The translations under genes and the position numbers were made by a program. From Geotalea daltonii FRC-32 (GTDB lineage: Bacteria > Desulfobacterota > Desulfuromonadia > Geobacterales > Geobacteraceae), in NCBI RefSeq assembly GCF_000022265.1, contig NC_011979.1, forward strand, positions 2,460,001 through 2,492,000: a stretch of DNA of 32,000 bases, written 5' to 3'. A model generated the notes under the pieces. That model made no database searches. It was not told the DNA's origin and was given only the letters and a program-made list of their open reading frames with translations. Below are positions 1-8,395 of this stretch, piece by piece; the stretch's first letter is position 1; each line of letters starts with the position of its first letter.

Positions 1-1296
1 GCGGCGCTGCAAATACTCAAAGGTGAGGCGCAAAGCCTGATCACCCGCATTGATAGAATGGAGCCATTCGCGCTGCGCATGCCGATGGTTCTTGCCGCTG
101 CGGTTCCCCTTCCGGCACAGGTTGCCATAGAGCGTCACCTGTCCGGAAAAAGGCTCAAAATGCGCGCCATGATGACGGGGTATCTCAAGTGGTTGGAGAG
201 CCCGGAAGGACGCGCGGCATCTCCTTCTCTGGCCCAACGGCGTTTCTCGTTTTTGCGATTAAGGTTCATTGCCATTCTCGCCCAGCTGGACATCTTTGCC
301 ATTGTCTTCAACCAGCGCAGCGAGCACGACACCGGGATCTGGCTTTCAGGGCTCGATGTGTTCGCCGCTGATGCCCTTACTCTTCCGGGAAAGTACTACC
401 AAGCTCCACCTGTCATCTGTTTTCTCGAGAGAAGTCCTGGAGCGGCTATTCGACGGGCGAGGACGAGGCTTCCCGGCGGCGATGACAACCCGGTTGCTGT
501 CATCCAGATTCCCCGGGAGCGGATGATCGGCGGTGGGATTGCATCATCGCTGGTGCATGAAGTGGGGCATCAGGGGGCGGCACTGCTGGATCTGGTGACT
601 TCCTTGCGCATTGAACTGCAAAAGAGGAAGCGTAACGCCGGAAATGACCAGATTGCCTGGCGCTGTTGGGACCGGTGGACTTCGGAGATTGTGGCTGATC
701 TGTGGGCAGTGGCCAGACTGGGAGTCTCTGCCACCGTTGGCCTGATGACGGTGGTGGGGTTGCCGAAACCATTCATGTTTCGTGTCGATTTCGAAGATCC
801 CCATCCGGCACCTTGGATCAGGGTTATGCTTTCCTGTGCCATGGGGCAGGAACTGTACCCTCATTCCCAGTGGCAGGCACTGGCGAAAAACTGGGAGGCA
901 TTCTATCCCTGTGAGGGATTGGAGGCCGGAAGACTGCGGCTGTTTGCCCTTTTGCAAAAGACGATGCCGGAATTTGTCAAGTGGCTGGTGCACTACCGCC
1001 CGAAGGCCTTGCGCGGGAAGACCCTGCAAGATGCACTCTCGAACACTGATCTGCAACCGGCGCGCCTCGGGGCTATATATAAATCGTGGAAAGAAATGCC
1101 GCAGCTGATAAAGACCGCTTCTCCCACCCTTGTATTTGCCGTCATCGGCCAGGCGAAAATGAATGGACTGATAACCGCTGAAGAGGAAAGCCGGGTTTTG
1201 GCTGATATGCTCAGGTACTGGGCGCTGAAAATAACCCTGGACACAACGGCAGTATGTGCAGGAATGTCGCGTGCCCATCAACCGTTGACTGTCTGA
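1..1296 (+). CDS. HExxH zincin-like metallopeptidase-fold protein (5' end probably outside the window)
   Basis: Frame 1 is open from base 1, with no stop before the first ATG at 58. Stop is TGA 1294-1296. There is a single HEVGH motif at nt 556-570 (SSLVHEVGHQG). I recognise no other family signature. Confidence 0.6.
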   Translation, partial: AALQILKGEAQSLITRIDRMEPFALRMPMVLAAAVPLPAQVAIERHLSGKRLKMRAMMTGYLKWLESPEGRAASPSLAQRRFSFLRLRFIAILAQLDIFAIVFNQRSEHDTGIWLSGLDVFAADALTLPGKYYQAPPVICFLERSPGAAIRRARTRLPGGDDNPVAVIQIPRERMIGGGIASSLVHEVGHQGAALLDLVTSLRIELQKRKRNAGNDQIAWRCWDRWTSEIVADLWAVARLGVSATVGLMTVVGLPKPFMFRVDFEDPHPAPWIRVMLSCAMGQELYPHSQWQALAKNWEAFYPCEGLEAGRLRLFALLQKTMPEFVKWLVHYRPKALRGKTLQDALSNTDLQPARLGAIYKSWKEMPQLIKTASPTLVFAVIGQAKMNGLITAEEESRVLADMLRYWALKITLDTTAVCAGMSRAHQPLTV

Positions 1297-1361
1297 AGGA
1301 AAAGGAGATGTCTGCATCACTATCCGCGCATAGGCCCCAAGTAAGATAACAGGAGGATGTC

Positions 1362-2897
1362 ATGAAAAAAGACGAGATCAATGCCGACGTAAAGATAACG
1401 CCGAAAAAGCCTGATCCAAAGAAGGGTGATCGGATTCTTGAAGAGGGGATAAAAATCACCGGTGATGCTGCTGATCTGCTTCGTAAAGCACTGGCAGAGC
1501 CAAAGGAAGTTACGCTGACCCGTCCGGAAGCATTACCCACCGATGACCAGGCACTCTGGGTAGCCATCCGCAACAGGACGACGGCCGTCAATTTCGAGCG
1601 GTATCGAAATTTCATAGGCAGGGTCTTCTGTGACGACGGGGGAAATGAACAGAAACGGTATTTCAGAGGGAAGAGCGATCAGCTTAAGGATGTGAGAAAC
1701 TTCGATGCACGCCTCAGCATTAATTCCATCGATTCCTATAACGTATTGCGGTTTGCCACCGAAATCTTCCTCATAATGGAATGCGGCGTGGTTATTGACA
1801 AGACCGGGGACCCGCTCTTTGGTGAAGATGAGGAAAACATCCGTTCCATCAATTTCGAGGAGGCAGACAGTTTCGAGGAAATCAAGGAAAGGCTGCAAAA
1901 TTATCTGGGCAATACCACCTATCTTCCTTACCTGGACCGGATTCTCAATGCCCTGATCGAGGACTGGAAACTGGAGGAGAAAACGAATCCTTACTGCGGC
2001 GGCATCCTGGAATTCAGGTCCACCTGTCCGAGCCTTTTGGAGTTGATCTGGTCGTACTGGCTGGAAGAGGGAATGCTGGTACAGACCATGAATGCGATTG
2101 CCATGCGGTTCCAGAACAAACGGGGATTTTCCGACCGCGACCCCCTTGCCGAGCTTGAAATAGATCCGCTCAGACCGCTGAACAATCTGCTCTGGGGCTA
2201 CATCCAGAACGAGCACAACCGGCTGACGGTTGCACGGAGGGCCTACGAGTACGATCATCACTACGGGCTCACCATTTACGGCAAGGCAGTGCCCAAGCTC
2301 CGGACCGCAGACAGCCGTTCAAAGTTCCTGGAGGCATTCCACAACCTGCTCTACCGCACCTCCATATTCTATCGGGAAGATGCCGATACCACGGTGATAG
2401 CCGATGCATTCCCGCTGTTGAAGGCTATCCGTGAGGTTCACCTCCTTCTGGCCGAAGGGGCTCACAACCAGTTTGGCGATCTGCCATGGACGGCGAGGGT
2501 GGAGATGCTTATCGAAAAATGGCTGCTGGCACGGTCGGAGACACAGCAATTCCTGCGGGGACGGATGATGGTGCCCTACAACGAGCCCTGGATGGGGCCT
2601 GTTGATGTGATGAAGAAACTTCAGGGATGGAATGATGTCACGATCACCCATTTCCACGATCTGTCAACCTTTGGTGAGCAGGTCCTCCTCTCTATCCGCT
2701 ATGGCGACTGGATCAACACCAATATCGAGCAGCAGGCCAAGAATTGGGCCCGCTACTGGAAGCCGGAGATTCAGAGTTATATCCATGCCTATCGGGCGGT
2801 GACGGGAGTTGACCTGACCACCGAACCGGTTGATGCGACACCACCGTGGGTCTACCTGAAGCGACAGGAGGACCAGAAATTTGCTGGTCGCTTTTAG
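1362..2897 (+). CDS. hypothetical protein, 511 aa, no recognisable motif
   Basis: Long ORF with AGGAGG 5 nt upstream of ATG 1362 and stop TAG 2895-2897. The N-terminus is Lys-rich (KITPKKPDPKKGD). The remainder has coding-like composition. I can see no catalytic or binding motif. Confidence 0.75.
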   Translation: MKKDEINADVKITPKKPDPKKGDRILEEGIKITGDAADLLRKALAEPKEVTLTRPEALPTDDQALWVAIRNRTTAVNFERYRNFIGRVFCDDGGNEQKRYFRGKSDQLKDVRNFDARLSINSIDSYNVLRFATEIFLIMECGVVIDKTGDPLFGEDEENIRSINFEEADSFEEIKERLQNYLGNTTYLPYLDRILNALIEDWKLEEKTNPYCGGILEFRSTCPSLLELIWSYWLEEGMLVQTMNAIAMRFQNKRGFSDRDPLAELEIDPLRPLNNLLWGYIQNEHNRLTVARRAYEYDHHYGLTIYGKAVPKLRTADSRSKFLEAFHNLLYRTSIFYREDADTTVIADAFPLLKAIREVHLLLAEGAHNQFGDLPWTARVEMLIEKWLLARSETQQFLRGRMMVPYNEPWMGPVDVMKKLQGWNDVTITHFHDLSTFGEQVLLSIRYGDWINTNIEQQAKNWARYWKPEIQSYIHAYRAVTGVDLTTEPVDATPPWVYLKRQEDQKFAGRF

Positions 2898-2906
2898 CGT
2901 GCCGCC

Positions 2907-3971
2907 ATGCTGGATTTCACCTCTTCCCAGTACCTCGGGCTCCGGCACCCATTTCATGCCCTCGAACCCTGGACGACGTTTACTTTGGGCGGACCTGCAG
3001 CCCTTGCCGAACCGGAGGGATTTAAAGCAGTGGCCCATGCCCTGGCCCGGCTGCAGGGGTGCGAGCGAGGTGTCCTGGCCCCTTCCACCCTCCACCTCTT
3101 CTGGGACCTGTTCGGTCTGCTCGGGGATCGGCGGAATGCCATTTACTGCGATGCTGGAATATACCCCATTGCGCGTTGGGGGGTAGAGCGGGCGGCGGGA
3201 AAGGGGGCAGTCGTGCGGTTCTTCTCCCACCACAACCCCATAGCCCTACGCCAGCTCATGGACGGTTGTGAAAGGGGGACACGGCCGGTCGTCGTTGCCG
3301 ATGGTTTCTGTCCGGCCTGCGGCAGTGTTGCACCGCTAGAGGAGTATCTTGCCTGTGCCAGGGAATATGGAGGCGTGCTGGTGATCGACGATACTCAGGC
3401 CCTTGGCATTTTCGGCCACTCCCCCGGTCCGGCTTTCCCTTACGGCAGGGACGGGGGTGGGGTCCTTCGCTGGTCCGGCATTCACGGAGATGACATCATG
3501 GTCATTGCCTCTCTTGCCAAAGGATTCGGTGTGCCGCTGGCGGTCCTGAGCGGCAGCAGCCTTATGATTCGGCAATTTGAGAAAATGAGCGGCACGCGGG
3601 TCCATTGCAGTCCCCCCTCCATTGCTGTTGTCCATGTGGCCCGGCGAGCTCTTGCGGTAAACCGGCAACGGGGAGACGAGCTGCGCCTCAGGCTGGCGAT
3701 GTTGGTGGAGAGGTTCAGTAGAGGGGTTGATCGGGCCGGATTAGCTACGACGTCAGGGATATTTCCCATGCAGACCCTTGAAGAAACAGCCGCCATCGAC
3801 GGAATTGCGCTCCATGCAAAGCTCCTGCGGGCGGGGGTTAGAACCGTATTGCAGCAGGCCGGCCGGGGTGGGCGGGGGCGTGTGACCTTAATTATTTCAG
3901 CCTTTCACGATCCATTGATGGTGGATCGGGCCGTTGCAGCATTACGGAGAGCAGCAGCAGATTGCAGATAG
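2907..3971 (+). CDS. PLP-dependent alpha-oxoamine synthase (BioF/Kbl/SPT)-fold enzyme, divergent
   Basis: N-terminal LDFTSSQYLGL matches the family pattern LDFxSNDYLGL. VIDDTQALG corresponds to DDAHGxG. SLAKGFG carries the putative PLP lysine (AAA at 3519-3521). The gene starts 9 nt after the upstream stop, which suggests translational coupling. Confidence 0.75.
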   Translation: MLDFTSSQYLGLRHPFHALEPWTTFTLGGPAALAEPEGFKAVAHALARLQGCERGVLAPSTLHLFWDLFGLLGDRRNAIYCDAGIYPIARWGVERAAGKGAVVRFFSHHNPIALRQLMDGCERGTRPVVVADGFCPACGSVAPLEEYLACAREYGGVLVIDDTQALGIFGHSPGPAFPYGRDGGGVLRWSGIHGDDIMVIASLAKGFGVPLAVLSGSSLMIRQFEKMSGTRVHCSPPSIAVVHVARRALAVNRQRGDELRLRLAMLVERFSRGVDRAGLATTSGIFPMQTLEETAAIDGIALHAKLLRAGVRTVLQQAGRGGRGRVTLIISAFHDPLMVDRAVAALRRAAADCR

Positions 3972-3991
3972 GCGGCGAGAGGAGGAGCGAA

Positions 3992-4612
3992 ATGGGTATG
4001 ACGAGCGGCTTTCAGTTGCCGGGTGAGCAGAAGCATGACTGGGAATGGCAGGGTGAAATCTTGCCGTTGGGACATGAATTCCAGCCCGAGAGGGAGATAA
4101 TCATTTCTTCCTCCTATGAAGTGGCGCTGGCGCCCCTGAAGAGACTGCCCTACCCGAGATGGCAGGATGGCTTGCCGACGGATGCAGGGATCTATTTCAT
4201 TTATAGCCATGGGAAACTGTGGTACGTGGGGAAAGCAGAAAACATCAATGCCCGATTCAAGAACAGGCTGAAAACCTTTCATGACTTCAACATAAAAGCT
4301 GGTGTTTCTGCAACTTTGCTGCGCCCCATTGAAGTGGCGTGGTATCAGATTAAACGTATCAAAGTGCCGTCAAAGCCGGCGATCAAGGTACACACCCGCG
4401 GATCAAAAGAACCCTGGCGCCCCATACCGGCATCCCAGGGGTTGCTCCGCGCCCTGGAACTGCATTTCATCAAGAAAAGTGGGGAACCGGAAGGTAATCG
4501 GGCGCGGGAGTGCCTGAGAATGGAAGGTAATGGGGCAATCAGGATAATCTATGGCAACGGCAGCGCTGAGACGGTCAGTGGCACCATCTTCTGCGGATCG
4601 GGAGACAGGTGA
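3992..4612 (+). CDS. GIY-YIG nuclease-domain protein
   Basis: GIYFIYSHGKLWYVGKAENINARFKNR gives GIY, then ~10 residues, then YVG, then a conserved Arg. A downstream LELHFIKK could supply the conserved Glu. GAGGAGGAG lies 5-6 nt upstream of ATG 3992. The ORF-track start at 3962 is a TTG that overlaps the previous gene, so I moved the start. Confidence 0.65.
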   Translation: MGMTSGFQLPGEQKHDWEWQGEILPLGHEFQPEREIIISSSYEVALAPLKRLPYPRWQDGLPTDAGIYFIYSHGKLWYVGKAENINARFKNRLKTFHDFNIKAGVSATLLRPIEVAWYQIKRIKVPSKPAIKVHTRGSKEPWRPIPASQGLLRALELHFIKKSGEPEGNRARECLRMEGNGAIRIIYGNGSAETVSGTIFCGSGDR

Positions 4613-4716
4613 CTCACCGCTGGAGCGAACGAACATGCCGCGAGAGTAGAGGATCTCCGCGGGATCGCCACCTCCGTTTACCTGATGAAGGAGCTGGGGC
4701 CTATGAGGGTATTGCC

Positions 4717-5451
4717 ATGATCATCGATTGCCACTGCCATACCGGTAAGGGAGACGGGCTGACCGGGCCGTGGGACACGGCGGCCCCCTTGGAAAAATAT
4801 ATGGGACGTGCCGCCAGGGCCGGAATCGGCAAGACGGTACTTTTTTCCGTTTTTCACTCCGATTACATGGCTGCAAATCGCGCTGTTGCTGCCACTGTCC
4901 GCCGCAACCCCGACCGTTTTTTCGGTTTTGCCTGTCTGCACCCTGTGAATGATCGTGGTCGTGTCCGTGGGATGCTGCAGGAAGCCATTGAAGAATTCGG
5001 GTTTCGGGGCATCAAGATCCACCGCCATGACGGTCGCATCACCCGTGAAATATGCGAAGGAGCCAGGTTCTACCGAGTGCCGGTGCTGTACGACCTGATG
5101 GGTGAGGTCTCGGTGGTGGAACTGCTTGCCACGGAATATGCCGATGTGGATTTCATTATCCCCCATCTGGGAAGCTTTGGTGACGACTGGCGGGCCCAAC
5201 TGGCACTCATTGATCACCTGGCACGCCATGCCAATATCTATGCTGACACCTCCGGCGTCCGGCGGTTCGACCTGCTGCAGGAGGCTGTCAGACGGGGGGG
5301 AGCGGAAAAGATACTATTTGGCAGTGATGGCCCATGGCTGCATCCCGGCCTTGAACTGGCTAAGGTGCGTCTCCTGGGGCTGCCGCCGGAAAATGAACGG
5401 CTCATCTCGGAGGGGAATCTTTGCCGCCTCATCTCCCGGGTCAATCACTGA
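4717..5451 (+). CDS. Amidohydro_2-type TIM-barrel metal-dependent hydrolase
   Basis: N-terminal MIIDCHCH (DxHxH metal site), plus GIKIH, IPHLG and FGSDGPW motifs. I moved the start from the ORF-track GTG 4609 to ATG 4717 because the 36-aa extension is Arg-rich and does not look like protein. Confidence 0.8.
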   Translation: MIIDCHCHTGKGDGLTGPWDTAAPLEKYMGRAARAGIGKTVLFSVFHSDYMAANRAVAATVRRNPDRFFGFACLHPVNDRGRVRGMLQEAIEEFGFRGIKIHRHDGRITREICEGARFYRVPVLYDLMGEVSVVELLATEYADVDFIIPHLGSFGDDWRAQLALIDHLARHANIYADTSGVRRFDLLQEAVRRGGAEKILFGSDGPWLHPGLELAKVRLLGLPPENERLISEGNLCRLISRVNH

Positions 5452-6845
5452 CAGAATGGCATGGTGGGCAGGGTTCTATCCTGTCCTACCTGCAACAGCT
5501 CATTGTGCCGTGCCGCCCGCCGCAGCTGCAATGCCCTGTCGGTAACTCCCAGCCTCTTCGCTGCACGCTGCAGGTTACCTTCCTCTGTGGTGACTGCTAT
5601 GTTGACGGCCGTGTCTTCGGCGACCCGACCGATCTCTTTCAGACCGACCCCGAAGAGAAAAGCATTATGGATGGCTCGCTCGAATGATTCATCACACCAG
5701 TCAGAGGTTCCAGTGCCGAGGGGAGGACGCTCATCTTCCGGTATGTGGCCGATGGTGATGGCTCCCTTGCCCACATGCCGGTACATGATCCGGTTGATGA
5801 GGAGCTTGAGGTCCCGCACATTCCCCGGATATTGGCGTCCTACCAGGTACTCTTCAACTCCCCTGTCCAGTTGCGGCGGCTTCACATTCCTGTCGAAGAG
5901 TGCAATGAAGTGACGGGCCAGGGGAATGATGTCTTCGATTCGTTCCCGCAGGGGAGGCAGCCGACATTCCCAACCGGCAATGCGGTAGTAGAGGTCGTGG
6001 CGGAAACGCCCTTTTTTCACTTCCTCCAGCAGGTTGCGGTTGGTGGCGCAGACCAGACGGAACCGGGTTTTCTGCCAGCTGTTTCCCCCGACCCTTTTGT
6101 AACATCGTTCCTGCACCACCCGCAGAAGTTGCGCCTGGAGTTCCAGCGGGAGCTCACCAATCTCATCCAAAAATAGTGTGCCCCCGTCGGCAAGGGCGAA
6201 GGCTCCGTCGCGGGCAGATGATGCACCGGTAAAAGCACCCCGTTCATGGCCGAAAAACTCGCTGCCGCAAAGCCCTTCAACGATGGTTGTGGCGTCGACC
6301 ACAATCAGGTCCCGTTTCCGTTCACGGCTATCCAGGGTATGCACCAGCCGGGCAACCAGTTCCTTTCCTGTTCCCGACTCACCGGTTACCAGTACCGATG
6401 CGTCGGTAAACCGTGCCACTTCGATGACTTGCCGCAGAGTATTCTTCCAGATGTGGCTTTTACCCACGAGATTATCGGTAATCAGCGACGATTCCAGGAG
6501 ATCATCCACCTCCTGCCATCTGGCAAATCGATCAGCCACTTCTTCAATGTTGTTACCTTGATCATCCCAGGTCAGCACATCCGAGGCCCCCGCTTTAAGG
6601 AGCTGCCAGCTGTTCTGTGGTTGGACGGCAGATATGGCAATGACTCTTTCACGTCCCCGGTGGCTTGTCGCGCGAATAAAATCGCAGATGTCACGGCACT
6701 GCCCATCGAAAAAGACGATACCGGCACCATCGGCGGCATCTTTAAAGGGGACCGTAGCAACACCAGCGGCAGCAAAGCCGGTAACGATCTGCTCCTGCTG
6801 CCTACGGTCAAACTCCCCCCTGAAGTGAAGCCACACTGTTGCCAT
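5445..6845 (-). CDS. sigma54-dependent transcriptional activator (bEBP) with degenerate receiver-like N-terminus
   Basis: Walker A GESGTGKE, GAFTGA motif (ERGAFTGAS) and a C-terminal Fis-type HTH (LQRAAKRLGVTDRALQ). The N-terminal ~125 aa is receiver-like but lacks the acidic pair and the conserved Lys. Confidence 0.9.
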   Translation of the reverse strand: MATVWLHFRGEFDRRQQEQIVTGFAAAGVATVPFKDAADGAGIVFFDGQCRDICDFIRATSHRGRERVIAISAVQPQNSWQLLKAGASDVLTWDDQGNNIEEVADRFARWQEVDDLLESSLITDNLVGKSHIWKNTLRQVIEVARFTDASVLVTGESGTGKELVARLVHTLDSRERKRDLIVVDATTIVEGLCGSEFFGHERGAFTGASSARDGAFALADGGTLFLDEIGELPLELQAQLLRVVQERCYKRVGGNSWQKTRFRLVCATNRNLLEEVKKGRFRHDLYYRIAGWECRLPPLRERIEDIIPLARHFIALFDRNVKPPQLDRGVEEYLVGRQYPGNVRDLKLLINRIMYRHVGKGAITIGHIPEDERPPLGTGTSDWCDESFERAIHNAFLFGVGLKEIGRVAEDTAVNIAVTTEEGNLQRAAKRLGVTDRALQLRRAARHNELLQVGQDRTLPTMPFCQ

Positions 6846-6878
6846 AGAGTCACACTCCGGACTGCGGCACTATCAATT

Positions 6879-7658
6879 TTAAGCTACCTCGTTCCATACC
6901 CGCCGCAGTTTGTCGGCGCTGAACCGGAGCAGTTCCCGGTCCGGGGTAAAGACCTCCAGCGTGATGGTACCGTCATAACCGGCCGCCTTGAGGCTCCTGA
7001 TGCAGCTTTCCAGGTCGAGGGTTCCTGCCCCCAGGGGCAGGTGCAGATCGTCGGTGCCGCGATTATCGTGCAGGTGTACGTGCCGCACCCGGTGGCCATA
7101 GTGCTCCATGATGGAGGACGTCGTGTTGTGCCGCACCTGCAGGTTGGTGTGGCCGATGTCCAGATGCAGGCCGAGCTCCGGGATCGCCTCCAGGAAATGG
7201 CCCAGTTGGGGCACGTCATTGACGTTGCCGGGAAGGTTTTCGATCATCAGCTCCATGTCCAGGCGGCGGGCCAGGGGGAGCAGCTCGCGGATGCTCTTCA
7301 GGTTCTGCTCCACTGAAAAAGCCGCATCATGCATGGGGGCCTTGAAATCGGGATGGATATTCATGCAGCATGCTCCCAGACGGGCCAAGATTTGCAGCGT
7401 GCTGGAAAAGGCCTCGACCGCCCCTTCACGAACCTCTTCGAAGGGATGTCCCAAAGGAAGATAATAGGCGGTATGGCCGATGACTCCCAGCCCCGTCTCC
7501 TGTAACAGCTCCCGCATTGAATCCACATCTACCTGCCAATGACCGGCGGCAGGAGGCTCCAGGGTCAGGTCGATGAAATCGAGCCCCATCTCCGCCATCC
7601 AGAGAATTTCGTCTTCAACCCGGTGTTGCGGGTGATTCATGGCACCTATCCGCATCAT
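6879..7658 (-). CDS. xylose isomerase-like TIM-barrel protein (sugar phosphate isomerase/epimerase family)
   Basis: Pattern MIENL ... HLDIGH ... HVHLHDN ... TLE is typical of the AP_endonuc_2 / xylose-isomerase-like fold. GGAGG lies upstream of the ATG. There is an ATGA overlap with the upstream gene. Confidence 0.8.
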   Translation of the reverse strand: MMRIGAMNHPQHRVEDEILWMAEMGLDFIDLTLEPPAAGHWQVDVDSMRELLQETGLGVIGHTAYYLPLGHPFEEVREGAVEAFSSTLQILARLGACCMNIHPDFKAPMHDAAFSVEQNLKSIRELLPLARRLDMELMIENLPGNVNDVPQLGHFLEAIPELGLHLDIGHTNLQVRHNTTSSIMEHYGHRVRHVHLHDNRGTDDLHLPLGAGTLDLESCIRSLKAAGYDGTITLEVFTPDRELLRFSADKLRRVWNEVA

Positions 7659-8395
7659 GACACCTCCGCGGTAAACCAGTCATCTGCCTTGAAAAGGGTG
7701 GTTCTTGTCCTGTCGATCAAAACCCCGTCTTCTGCCGGCGGTCTCAGTTCCATGCCCATTCTTTCCCAGATGAAGCGTGGAAAGGCAGCCGCCCTGCCGG
7801 GGCACATCCAGCAAAAAAGGCTCATCAGCGAAGTCAGGACTGGCCAATCATCACCGACCCTTGCCAAGAGCCGCTCCCAGTCCATTTCCGGTCCCTGGGC
7901 GAAGATGATATTGAGGATGTCTGGCCAGTCTGCCCTTTCCCGGCGCAGGATATAGAGCTTCGACCAGACAAGCTCTTCCGGTGGAATCAGGCGCAGTTTC
8001 ACTTCCCGCACGGTCAGCTCCCATCCCTTTGTTGCCCATACCTCGTCCACTGAGCCCCGGCCGTTCAGCATCCGCCATAACAGGTCGACAATAAAGCCAC
8101 GCCGGGTGCCACGGAAGCTCCAGGTGGGATCGTAGCCCACGGCGTTGTATTCGGCAAAACCCTGGTCGGCCATGATCTTCATCAGTTTTTTCTGGTCGGG
8201 TTCCACCACATACAGGTCCATATCCTTGGTGTTGCGCACATAGCCCGAATAGGCTGAAAGGGCCAGGCCACCCCCGATAGCCAGCCGCAATCCGCTCTTC
8301 CCTGCCGCTTCCAGGAGCTGGCCGTAGACTGCCAGTTGGTCGTCGGCCAGCATATCTGCAAGGATCATTTCCGCTCTGGCTGGGGGAAAAACCAT
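7655..8395 (-). CDS. nucleotidyltransferase-fold protein (uncharacterised NTase family)
   Basis: AIGGGLALS ... TKDMDLYV gives the minimal NTase signature of a G-G/S motif plus DxD. GGAGGA RBS is upstream. The stop overlaps the next start (ATGA at 7655-7658). Confidence 0.6.
   Translation of the reverse strand: MVFPPARAEMILADMLADDQLAVYGQLLEAAGKSGLRLAIGGGLALSAYSGYVRNTKDMDLYVVEPDQKKLMKIMADQGFAEYNAVGYDPTWSFRGTRRGFIVDLLWRMLNGRGSVDEVWATKGWELTVREVKLRLIPPEELVWSKLYILRRERADWPDILNIIFAQGPEMDWERLLARVGDDWPVLTSLMSLFCWMCPGRAAAFPRFIWERMGMELRPPAEDGVLIDRTRTTLFKADDWFTAEVS

Noticed and set aside
544-2261. Minus-strand ORFs 544-1320 (258 aa) and 1533-2261 (242 aa).
   Set aside because: They are antisense to the HExxH gene and the 511-aa gene. 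They lack an RBS and have skewed, Arg/Pro/Gly-rich composition. The plus-strand genes have an RBS and a tight operon layout.
6246-7316. 356-aa plus-strand ORF spanning the bEBP/TIM-barrel junction.
   Set aside because: It is antisense to two well-supported genes and crosses their intergenic gap. Its composition does not look like protein and it has no RBS.
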